From a virus (lineage: Duplodnaviria > Caudoviricetes), in the IMG/VR virus record IMGVR_UViG_642973576_000001, positions 4,953 through 68,952 of that record: DNA of 64,000 nt. One strand, written 5' to 3'. Positions within the stretch are counted from its first letter, which is position 1, and every line of letters begins with the position of its first letter. A program made the translations under genes and the position numbers. The notes under the pieces were generated by a model. That model worked only from the letters and a program-made list of their open reading frames with translations. It had not been told where the DNA came from and did no database searches. Shown piece by piece: positions 37,983 through 45,965 of this stretch.

Positions 37983-38419
37983 TTATGGACGTGATCAAAG
38001 AGGCATTGCTCCACTACCGGTCGATGTGGGCGATGTGGCTGGAACTCAAGCACACGACCGAAGCCGAACGCGAACTCGCCCGCGTCAAGATTGCGCTGAT
38101 TGACGCCGAACTGACGCGGCGCAACGAGTCGGCGGTCGCCGAACCGAAAAAGCGGATGACACTGCGAAAGCTCGGCGAACTGCACCCGGCGTTCATGTCG
38201 CCGGAGGTTACTCAGAGCGCCGAACGTCTTCGGGAGGCGAACGCCGACCCGCGCAACTGGCACTGCGCAAACTGCGGTGAGCAAATCGTCCACATTGCGG
38301 AGAATCCAAACCTGGACGGTTCGCCGAAGCATTGGGCTCATCTGGACTCTGGCGAGCTGCGATGCGAGGTCGCGACGAATCACCCGGCGTTCGGTAAGAA
38401 CGCCGAACCGATCTACTGA
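37979..38419 (+). CDS. hypothetical protein (CxxC...H...C)
   Basis: RBS GAAAGGA; overlap with the previous stop. Confidence 0.7.
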   Translation: MIMDVIKEALLHYRSMWAMWLELKHTTEAERELARVKIALIDAELTRRNESAVAEPKKRMTLRKLGELHPAFMSPEVTQSAERLREANADPRNWHCANCGEQIVHIAENPNLDGSPKHWAHLDSGELRCEVATNHPAFGKNAEPIY

Positions 38420-38425
38420 TCGGCA

Positions 38426-38460
38426 GCCCTTGGCGGGTTCGACTCCCGTCAGCGGCGCGA
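38426..38460 (+). ncRNA. tRNA-like element 8 (degenerate, lacks D-like linker)
   Basis: TGGCGGG-TTCGACT-CCCGTCA then GCGGC-GCGA and a downstream hairpin. Confidence 0.55.
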
Positions 38461-38566
38461 GGGTTCTCTCAGAGAACTCTTATTTGGGCTAGCCGAATCT
38501 CTGTGCTAGTCTAAATCCGGGAGCAAACGAGAACGGTTCTCGTCTCGAATGAAAGGAAACGGACAA

Positions 38567-39778
38567 ATGAGCTACCATGACGATCTGTACCTGAACGCCG
38601 GTAACATTCTCGTGGGCGGCGTGCAGGGTCTCAAGGACCGCATCACCGGCGAACCGCTCGAAGGCGGCTGGCGTCGGCCCGCGTGGTGGTACAACCCGCG
38701 TCTGGAAGACATCCACAACCCGACGCACTACCCGAACTACCTGCCGATTTCGCTGGTCAAGGAGAAGCTGTTCGGGTGGACGGCGCTGGAATCGGCGAAG
38801 CTCGTCGCGCACGTCGAAATCGACGGACGTATGGTCGAAATCGACTGCGGGAACTTCAAGGCCATCGTTCGCGGTGATCGCGTCTGGGAAGACGTTCCCG
38901 CCGATTCCGACGGGAATCCCATCGGAAACATCGGCAATCCGGAATCGGTCCTTTCCATCATGAGCAAGGACTACGAGGCGTTGCAGCCGCAAGAGTCCTT
39001 CATTCAGACAACCGTGGACCTGTTGCAGGGTTCCGATAACGTCGGAATCACCGGAGCCGGTCTGCTCAAGTGGGGGCGCGTCTGCTACATGGAAGTGTCC
39101 ATCCCGCAGACGATGCACAATGATCGCGCCGGATTCGACTATCGTCCGAATTTGCTCATCTACACGAGCTTTGACGGCTCGCTCAAGTACACCATTGCCC
39201 GCACCATCACGGCGACGGTCTGCGACAACACGTTGGCGATTGCCGCGTCGGAGGCCAAGCGCGCGGGTACGGCTTTTCAGGTGGCTCACACGCGGCTCGC
39301 TCGCGAGAAAATGTCGAAAGCGCGTGAAGTTCTGGGAATTCTTGAGCAGGAAACCAACGAAATGGACGAACTGCTCAACACGTGGGCGGCGACGCCGGTC
39401 AATCCCAAGCAGTTCGAGGCGTGGCTGGACGAGGTTCTGCCGGTTCCGGAGGTCAAGGTGATCGACGGCAAGGCGAAGACCAATTCGCAGACCATCGTCC
39501 TGAACAAGCGCGAGGCCATCGGAGATCTGTACTACTCCGACGAACGCGCGGCAACGTGGGTCGGCACCAAGCTTGGTGTTCGCCAGGCGTGGAACACCGC
39601 ACATCACCACAAGTTCCGCGCCGGGAACGCCAAACAGTTCGGCGGAAACAAGATGCAGGCTCGTGTCGAGGCCAACATGATGCGGGCGATGCGTCTGGAC
39701 AAAAACGGCGACTCCGAGATCGCACGCTCCGACGCGTGGGCCATGGAGAAGCTGGATCTGGTCCTGTCCAACTCCTAG
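38567..39778 (+). CDS. DUF932-family (phage/plasmid LGT) protein
   Basis: TAGxL..G..C...NLL.YTSFDGSL.....T....VCDNTL-type motifs (GAGLLKWGR, TSFDGS, VCDNTL). Confidence 0.8.
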   Translation: MSYHDDLYLNAGNILVGGVQGLKDRITGEPLEGGWRRPAWWYNPRLEDIHNPTHYPNYLPISLVKEKLFGWTALESAKLVAHVEIDGRMVEIDCGNFKAIVRGDRVWEDVPADSDGNPIGNIGNPESVLSIMSKDYEALQPQESFIQTTVDLLQGSDNVGITGAGLLKWGRVCYMEVSIPQTMHNDRAGFDYRPNLLIYTSFDGSLKYTIARTITATVCDNTLAIAASEAKRAGTAFQVAHTRLAREKMSKAREVLGILEQETNEMDELLNTWAATPVNPKQFEAWLDEVLPVPEVKVIDGKAKTNSQTIVLNKREAIGDLYYSDERAATWVGTKLGVRQAWNTAHHHKFRAGNAKQFGGNKMQARVEANMMRAMRLDKNGDSEIARSDAWAMEKLDLVLSNS

Positions 39779-39784
39779 CACGGA

Positions 39785-39829
39785 TGCGTGACTGGCAGAC
39801 ACCGGGGTTCGAGTCCCCGGCACGCACGA
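39785..39829 (+). ncRNA. tRNA-like element 9
   Basis: TGCGTG-ACTGGCAGACA-CCGGGG-TTCGAGT-CCCCGG-CACGCA-CGA. Confidence 0.8.
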
Positions 39830-39878
39830 CGATTCCCCCGGAATCGCACAGAAAAATCAACAGAAACGGACAAGAGAA

Positions 39879-40055
39879 ATGAAAGAATGGGTGTACGTCC
39901 CTGCTGGAGAAGTGGTGATCGGCGACATCACGCGACGTGGGCGCGTTGCCGCTACCATCGCGGGGAGCTTTCCGCGAACGCGGACTCTCACGTTTGAGGG
40001 CAGTACCACAAAAATCACGGTTTCCGATCACGCTCCCGTGGAGACTCTGCGATGA
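39879..40055 (+). CDS. 58-aa hypothetical protein (MKEWVYVPAGEVVIGD...)
   Basis: Follows AGAAACGGAC; ATGA overlap with the next gene; below the ORF-track cutoff. Confidence 0.65.
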   Translation: MKEWVYVPAGEVVIGDITRRGRVAATIAGSFPRTRTLTFEGSTTKITVSDHAPVETLR

Positions 40056-40252
40056 AGCTCCGCACGCGCATCTGGACGTGGCTGGTCGAATGGCGGTACC
40101 TGTTCGCGTTCATCACATGCATCGTTCTCGCGCTGATCTGCGCTGGGGCAGCGATTGTCCAGATCTTCAACGAATCCGTGTACGGATTCCTGTGGAATCT
40201 TCTCAGCATGTTCCTGTGGGGGTTCATCGCAGACAGGATTCTTAACGGATGA
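40052..40252 (+). CDS. small membrane protein (2 TM)
   Basis: Hydrophobic segments; coupled at both ends. Confidence 0.7.
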   Translation: MKLRTRIWTWLVEWRYLFAFITCIVLALICAGAAIVQIFNESVYGFLWNLLSMFLWGFIADRILNG

Positions 40253-40479
40253 GCGCCTTGCAGTTCCCGTGTTCTCCGCGCCACAGACACTGCTCTATGG
40301 CACACGCCGAACTCGTTCGAGACTATCGGGCGGAACGGGAACGGCAGGAAACCGAACAGGAAATGATTCTGTCGTCACCCGGCGAGCGCAAGCGCTGGGA
40401 GGAAAACGGTGGCAGGCTCATCAACTTCCAAGATTGGATTCTTGCGCACAAAGGGAGAAACGAGAATCCCGAGTGCTAG
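40249..40479 (+). CDS. hypothetical protein
   Basis: Coupled ATGA start. Confidence 0.65.
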   Translation: MSALQFPCSPRHRHCSMAHAELVRDYRAERERQETEQEMILSSPGERKRWEENGGRLINFQDWILAHKGRNENPEC

Positions 40480-40559
40480 ATAAACTGCTCACAGTCGTGA
40501 GCTGGGCAGTATGCGCTTTGGTCACTTATGTGACCTACCGCATGGAACCGATGGATTGA
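40473..40559 (+). CDS. 28-aa single-TM peptide (putative)
   Basis: GTG start overlapping the previous gene; hydrophobic LLTVVSWAVCALVTYV. Confidence 0.35.
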   Translation: MLDKLLTVVSWAVCALVTYVTYRMEPMD

Positions 40560-40669
40560 TCCGGCGAGACCCGCCACGGCGCGGGTCCGTCCGTTCTCAC
40601 ACCCATGTAACTCTTAGACTTCCCTTAATAGGGCCAGCCTAAGCCTCTCGCGTAGAATTGAGTTGACGC

Positions 40670-40810
40670 ATGAGCAGAGTTCGAATCCGCGTTCTCTTGG
40701 GCGCGGTTGCCATTGGAGCTGGTATCGTCGCCAGCGTCATATATCCCGCAAGCGCAGACGCTTCGGTGGGATTCACAGACGGAAGGGGCCAGAAATGGCA
40801 GTTGGAGTAG
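40670..40810 (+). CDS. 46-aa signal-peptide-like protein (putative)
   Basis: MSRVRIR-VLLGAVAIGAGIVASVIY-PASA; TAGAAT -10-like hexamer at 40653. Confidence 0.45.
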   Translation: MSRVRIRVLLGAVAIGAGIVASVIYPASADASVGFTDGRGQKWQLE

Positions 40811-41025
40811 ACCGGGTAATCGGTTCAGTTCAGTTCTCGGAGCCGCGCGCCGTGCGCGTCCGAGAGCCGGAGACGCAAGACCAGCACAGCGCGGTTCACG
40901 GCACGCTGGCGATCTACACCGATTCCCTCACGGAATCGCATGCCGTCTTGCGAGCGTGGCCGGAGATCATGGCCGCAGTCGCCGAAAAGGCGCGTCAAGT
41001 CATCGACTCATCGAAGCAAGGATAG
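40795..41025 (+). CDS. hypothetical protein
   Basis: RBS GGAAGGGG. Confidence 0.6.
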   Translation: MAVGVDRVIGSVQFSEPRAVRVREPETQDQHSAVHGTLAIYTDSLTESHAVLRAWPEIMAAVAEKARQVIDSSKQG

Positions 41026-41029
41026 GCTC

Positions 41030-41341
41030 ATGGCCGGTCACATCGGACTCACCCCCGTCCCAGATGACGGAGAACTGTCGGAATTCATTCAGAAAATGAT
41101 TGACTCCGACCAAGAAACATGTGACCGGCACATGGGAGACCTCGCCGAAACCGTCGAATTCACGGTTCGCGATAGCGAGCCGGAAACGTTCGCCTACGCT
41201 CGAATGGTCAACTTTTTGACCGACAGTATGGAAGCTGGCGAACTCGTCCACCTGTGCGCCGCAGCGCTGTGGCGTCTTTACGGCGAAAGCCGGAACCAAG
41301 GAAATGTAGTTCCAATTCAACCAGAAACGGACAAAGGATGA
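41030..41341 (+). CDS. hypothetical protein
   Basis: RBS AAGGA; coupled to the next gene. Confidence 0.65.
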   Translation: MAGHIGLTPVPDDGELSEFIQKMIDSDQETCDRHMGDLAETVEFTVRDSEPETFAYARMVNFLTDSMEAGELVHLCAAALWRLYGESRNQGNVVPIQPETDKG

Positions 41342-41904
41342 CGGAGCATAAGTCTGAGCAAATGAAGCAAACCGCTCTGGCGAACGGATGGAAATCGGAA
41401 GTGATTCCGAATCTGGACAAGTTCAACCGGACGGGAAATCCAGACGATATCGTCTGGAATGTCTACGCACTGCGCGGCCTCGAAGCGATGCACGTCGTCT
41501 TCACTGGAGACCGGCAAACCAAGGCCACCTACACTTACGGCGAGAACTACAAGCTGACACCGGCTCGTCGTGCGCCGGTGATTGCCTTGTTGACTGGCAC
41601 ACCGGACCCGAAAAAGCTCAAGGGCAAGCAATCCGGCGAAGAGTTGATCCAGAATCACCGGAGCGTGCCGTGGGACGATGACGCACCGGCGCTGGACATT
41701 CTGATGTTCTGCCTTGGCAAGGACATCTCGTGGATTCGCCGGATCGACAGCGAGGTCATGACCGGCTTCATTCCGGAGGAATCCAACAAGAAATCTCGGA
41801 ACTACCGAGTCTACGAAAACAAAAACGGCGACCGGTTCCTCGAATGGACGAACGCCGAAGGTTTCCACACCGTTCGTATTGACTCGATCATTTCCGTAGG
41901 CTAG
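41338..41904 (+). CDS. hypothetical protein
   Basis: Start follows AGAAACGGAC. Confidence 0.75.
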   Translation: MTEHKSEQMKQTALANGWKSEVIPNLDKFNRTGNPDDIVWNVYALRGLEAMHVVFTGDRQTKATYTYGENYKLTPARRAPVIALLTGTPDPKKLKGKQSGEELIQNHRSVPWDDDAPALDILMFCLGKDISWIRRIDSEVMTGFIPEESNKKSRNYRVYENKNGDRFLEWTNAEGFHTVRIDSIISVG

Positions 41905-41931
41905 CCTGAAAACCGACGAAAGGAGATCCGC

Positions 41932-43989
41932 GTGAGCGAAGTCAAACCGCCCTGGCGGGTCGGACTGTGGACGGCGAAGAGTCGCGTATGGGTGGTGTTA
42001 CCGTTCAACCGGCGTCACATCGACACGCTCAAAGAGCGTGTCCCCGGAGCGCGATGGTCTCCGGAGGAAAAGTTCTGGCATTTCCCTTTGGATCTGGACG
42101 TGTGTCGCGACATTCGTTCTGTGGCATCGTCTTTCGGGCACGGTCTGTACATCGAGCCGGAGCTGGCGAAGTGGGCGCGCGCCGAGAAAACGCGCTATTC
42201 GCATGTCCTTGCGCCAGAAGCGAATACCGAGGACTGGCAGAAGTTGTTGCCGCACTTGCAATCTGAGCGTCCGCAGCTCTACGGAGCCATGCGCGACATC
42301 GCACGCAAGATGGACGGCACGCAGGGAACGCCGTGGCAGATTCTCGGCGCGGCGTTCATGGCCGCGCAGAAGCGCACTCTGCTTGCCGACCAGCCGGGTT
42401 TGGGCAAAACGATCCAGACGCTTTCAGCGGTCGCCGAACTCGACATTCGAGGTCCAATCCTCGTGGTAGCTCCGCGTTCGGCTGTGGCCGTGACATGGCC
42501 GGAGGAAATCGCCCAATGGCTGGGCGAAGACGAGAGGATCTTCGTGATTAACGCGTCGATCAAACCAGCCGAGCGCCGCAAGCTCGTTCAACAGGCGCGC
42601 GACTGGGGAGCACGGGGTCACCGCGCGTGGGTTCTGTGCGGGCCGAACTACCTCCGAATCCACGCAGATACCGACCCGAACACGGGAGATTATCTGCGAG
42701 ATCCGAAGGGGAACAAGATCATTCGGGCCGTGAACGAATGCGTGCCCGATCTGTTCGGCGTGAAGTGGTCTGCGGTGATCGTGGACGAGTCCCACCAGAC
42801 TCTCGCCGGGGCAACCGGCAACAAAAAGAAACAGTCCTCGCAGCGTCTCGGACTGGGCGCAATCGACACCGCGCCGGATGCACTGCGAATTGCTATCTCC
42901 GGCACGCCATTTCGCGGCAAGACCGAAAACCTCTGGGGGACTCTGAACTGGCTCTACCCGGAGAAATACACGTCCTACTGGAATTGGATCAAGCGCCACT
43001 ACGGAATTCAGGACTCCGGCTCATCGTTCGGCAGCGGCGTCGTCAAGGGCGACAAGATTCTTGACGAGAAGCGGTTTTTCAGCGAACTCAAGCCGGTTAT
43101 GGTGCGCCGCACCAAGCTTGAAGTTCGGGACTCGCTGCCGCCGAAGATGTACGGTGGGACGCATCTGGTCCCCGGCGACGAGACGACACCGGTTGCCGTG
43201 TGGCTGCCGATGTCTCCCAAGCAGGAAAAGCAGTACCGGGAGATCGAACGCGAAGCGCTGATCAACATCGGCAGCGAAGACGAAATCACCGTCAACGGTG
43301 TGCTCGCCGAAATGACGCGTTGCAAGCAGATCGCGAACTCCTGCTTGCAGGCCGATGGTTTCAACGCGATGGGCGATGTGAAGGTCAGGCCGATCTTCCC
43401 GTCCAACAAGGCCGACTGGATCTACGATTTCCTGTCGGAACGAATCAGCAATGGCACCAAAACCATTGTGGCATCACAGTTCACCGGATTCCTCAACGTA
43501 TTGAGTGAGGAGCTGAAAAAGAAAGGGGTTGGGCACTACCTCTACACCGGAGCGACCCAAGAGCCGGAACGCAAGCGAATCCGCAAGGAATTTCAGTCGG
43601 AATCCGGCGAAATGGTGGTGTTGCTCAACACCAAATCGGGTGGCGTCTCGCTCACCCTGGACCTGGCCGACGATGTGATTATCGTTGACCAGACCTGGAT
43701 TCCGGACGATCAGGAGCAGGTCGAAGACCGCGCACACCGTGTGAGCCGGAATCACAACGTGACGATCTGGAACCTCGCATCGCTTGGGACGATTGACGAG
43801 GATATCGCCGTTCTAAATAACGAGCGCGGCGAGGCCATTTCGTCTATCCTGGAAAAGCAGCGTGGGGTTACCTACGCAAAGAAGCTCTACGCCAAGGCGA
43901 AAGAGCGCAGAGAAGAAGAACTGGAAAAGACCGGAATGCCCAAGTGGCACAAGGCACAACAACAGAAAGAAACGGACAAGGCATCATGA
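41932..43989 (+). CDS. SNF2-family (SF2) DNA helicase
   Basis: LLADQPGLGKT, IVDESH, SGTP, QVEDRAHR motifs; RBS GAAAGGAG. Confidence 0.95.
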   Translation: MSEVKPPWRVGLWTAKSRVWVVLPFNRRHIDTLKERVPGARWSPEEKFWHFPLDLDVCRDIRSVASSFGHGLYIEPELAKWARAEKTRYSHVLAPEANTEDWQKLLPHLQSERPQLYGAMRDIARKMDGTQGTPWQILGAAFMAAQKRTLLADQPGLGKTIQTLSAVAELDIRGPILVVAPRSAVAVTWPEEIAQWLGEDERIFVINASIKPAERRKLVQQARDWGARGHRAWVLCGPNYLRIHADTDPNTGDYLRDPKGNKIIRAVNECVPDLFGVKWSAVIVDESHQTLAGATGNKKKQSSQRLGLGAIDTAPDALRIAISGTPFRGKTENLWGTLNWLYPEKYTSYWNWIKRHYGIQDSGSSFGSGVVKGDKILDEKRFFSELKPVMVRRTKLEVRDSLPPKMYGGTHLVPGDETTPVAVWLPMSPKQEKQYREIEREALINIGSEDEITVNGVLAEMTRCKQIANSCLQADGFNAMGDVKVRPIFPSNKADWIYDFLSERISNGTKTIVASQFTGFLNVLSEELKKKGVGHYLYTGATQEPERKRIRKEFQSESGEMVVLLNTKSGGVSLTLDLADDVIIVDQTWIPDDQEQVEDRAHRVSRNHNVTIWNLASLGTIDEDIAVLNNERGEAISSILEKQRGVTYAKKLYAKAKERREEELEKTGMPKWHKAQQQKETDKAS

Positions 43990-44255
43990 AGATCGATTGG
44001 CGCAAGCACGACCGGAACGCTCCCGATTCCACCTACGTTCGACTGGCGAGGCCGGGAGACATTCTCCGCTTCCCGAACGATTCTCGACTCTGGCAGGTGC
44101 AGAGCGTGACCGAAACCAAGAATCTCGTGGGGACTTGGAAGGTCAAGTTCTACGGACGTTCGACGCCGGTCACCTTCGGTCGCTTCGACCGGGCGAAGCT
44201 GTTCTTCCGCTTCACCAACCCAGACCGCGTGGAAGACCTGTCGGCGACGGCATGA
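43986..44255 (+). CDS. hypothetical protein
   Basis: AGAAACGGAC upstream; ATGA coupling. Confidence 0.7.
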   Translation: MKIDWRKHDRNAPDSTYVRLARPGDILRFPNDSRLWQVQSVTETKNLVGTWKVKFYGRSTPVTFGRFDRAKLFFRFTNPDRVEDLSATA

Positions 44256-44623
44256 GTAACACTGTCGGAGTCGTCGGCATTCTCGCTGCGTTCGTTCTGC
44301 TTTTTCTGTGGGTTTCGTCGGCGTGGAGAACTCACAACGCGATAGAGCGGAACCGACGTGAAACCGCCGAACTCAGAAAAGAAGCAGAATCGATCAGAAA
44401 TCTGGCCGAATCTGACCGGAAACGCATCCGGTCGCTTGAGACCCACATGTTACGGTTCACGGAGCCGGAGGCTATCGCCGATGACATGGAACGCACCGCC
44501 GACCTCATTGAGGCCCGCATGGCGGGTCGGCAGAGCATGCCGAGACCGGGTGCCGCGCCGAACGCTCGAATCTCCAAACTGAAGAACCGACAGGGCAAAT
44601 CAGGTTGGGACAAGAGCCGCTAG
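44252..44623 (+). CDS. single-TM membrane protein
   Basis: N-terminal TM then coiled-coil. Confidence 0.7.
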   Translation: MSNTVGVVGILAAFVLLFLWVSSAWRTHNAIERNRRETAELRKEAESIRNLAESDRKRIRSLETHMLRFTEPEAIADDMERTADLIEARMAGRQSMPRPGAAPNARISKLKNRQGKSGWDKSR

Positions 44624-44676
44624 TGTGCTAGGCGATCAAAGCCGAAAAATTCTTTCGACTTTGGATCGACAAAGAG

Positions 44677-44705
44677 TAGACAAGTCGCCGCAAAGCGACT
44701 AAGTT
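44677..44705 (+). promoter_or_regulatory. SigA-like promoter
   Basis: TAGACA-N17-TAAGTT in an intergenic gap. Confidence 0.6.
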
Positions 44706-44769
44706 AGAAATCACCAACGGACACCACACTCGTCCAACCGGCAATCCCCTCACAGAAAGAAGAAAGATC

Positions 44770-45315
44770 ATGACGGACACCATCGAAGCGACCGAAGAGA
44801 CCACCGTGGACGCCGACGGCAACGAGACCGGCGACAAGGCGCGCGATTTCACGCGGTTCCGCGAGAACCACAAGGAGCTGGCCGACTTCATCAACTCGCA
44901 CCCCGAATTCGTCGCGTCGGGTCTCGCCGCGCTGGAACCGGGACAGATCAAGGCCGTGCTCGCACTGCGCGCGGACTTCAACAAGCTTCCCGAGCAGGTC
45001 GCCAAGCGCGAAGAGCGCAAGCGCGAGATCGAGGCCGAGAAGGCCAAGTTCGCCGGTCTGTCGCCCGAGCAGATCAAGGCGATGAAAGCCGCCGACCGCG
45101 CCGAGAAGCAGGCGCAGAAGATGCGCGAGAAGGCCGAAGAGGCCATGCGCCGCGCGGAGGAGCTGAAGGCCGCTGCCAGCGGTTCCGCTGCCGACCTCGC
45201 CGCTGCCGTCGAAGCCAAGACCAACGGCAGTGCGCCGGAGGCCGAGGCAGAGCCGGAGGCCGTCGAGGAGGTCGCCGACGAGAAGCCGCGTCGGCTGGGT
45301 CGTCGCCGGTCCTGA
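44770..45315 (+). CDS. charged coiled-coil protein, likely highly expressed
   Basis: Extreme GC3 bias; Glu/Lys/Ala-rich; basic C-terminal tail. Confidence 0.85.
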   Translation: MTDTIEATEETTVDADGNETGDKARDFTRFRENHKELADFINSHPEFVASGLAALEPGQIKAVLALRADFNKLPEQVAKREERKREIEAEKAKFAGLSPEQIKAMKAADRAEKQAQKMREKAEEAMRRAEELKAAASGSAADLAAAVEAKTNGSAPEAEAEPEAVEEVADEKPRRLGRRRS

Positions 45316-45322
45316 TCCCGGC

Positions 45323-45420
45323 GTCGGAGCGTCCGGGTAGGATTGACTGGCATCTGTGCCTACCCGGCGTTCTGACCGTCGCAGCGTATTCCGTCCGTTT
45401 CCGCTGCGGCGCTCAGGGCG
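45323..45420 (+). ncRNA. putative structured sRNA whose loop is antisense to the GAAACGGAC start-associated motif
   Basis: Stem CGTCGCAGCG/CGCTGCGGCG with loop TATTCCGTCCGTTTC (reverse complement GAAACGGACGGAATA); upstream stem CCGGGTAGG/CCTACCCGG. Confidence 0.5.
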
Positions 45421-45492
45421 CAAGCTCTAAAATGCAGTAACCAGAACACAAATACCTAACGACAGTAATCACACCGGACAGATTGGACCCTC

Positions 45493-45621
45493 ATGGGCAA
45501 TCAACAGAATCCCGACGGGATTTACATTCCTCCCGGCGTTAATCGCCGGTTCCCCCTGAACCGACCGCAGGACCAGAAGCCCGACGACGCTCGTCCGGAT
45601 GAGTCCAAGAGGTCGAAGTGA
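45493..45621 (+). CDS. 42-aa hypothetical protein (putative)
   Basis: GGA upstream; GTGA overlap with the next gene. Confidence 0.4.
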   Translation: MGNQQNPDGIYIPPGVNRRFPLNRPQDQKPDDARPDESKRSK

Positions 45622-45965
45622 GCAGGGAAACCTCCGTTGTCACGACCTACACGTGTAACGCGTGCGCCGAAAAGCGTGTCGTGGGAGGCAGTTCCCCGAG
45701 CACCATCATGGACGAAGCCGGATGGTCTCTCGGCCTGGAAATCCTTGGAAATGAAGTGGATTTGTGCGAGAGCTGCACAGCCGAACTCAAGGATTTCATC
45801 AACTGGACAGACCCAGAAACCGGCGACTACGGCGATCCCTACGCTGCCCTGTTGGACAACGATACGGTGATATGCTGCTGTGCCGGAATTAATCCCGCTG
45901 ACGGCGAACAGGTCTGTGACCCGTGCTCCGTCGGCAATCACACAGAATGCGTGGGGCCACTGTGA
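45618..45965 (+). CDS. Cys-rich hypothetical protein
   Basis: YTCNAC, DLCESC, CDPC motifs. Confidence 0.7.
   Translation: MSRETSVVTTYTCNACAEKRVVGGSSPSTIMDEAGWSLGLEILGNEVDLCESCTAELKDFINWTDPETGDYGDPYAALLDNDTVICCCAGINPADGEQVCDPCSVGNHTECVGPL

Noticed and set aside
33157-39829. Calling the T-loop elements true tRNA genes
   Set aside because: Only 35-55 nt long, with no anticodon arm and no CCA; they cannot decode.
33157-39829. CRISPR array or attP/attR remnants
   Set aside because: Spacing is gene-sized and irregular, copies covary in structure rather than keeping identity, and there is no cas operon or integrase. The lone Cas4-like gene is a standard phage exonuclease.
40676-40692. GTTCGAATCC as a tenth tRNA-like element
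   Set aside because: No flanking stems; lies within the start of a plausible small ORF.
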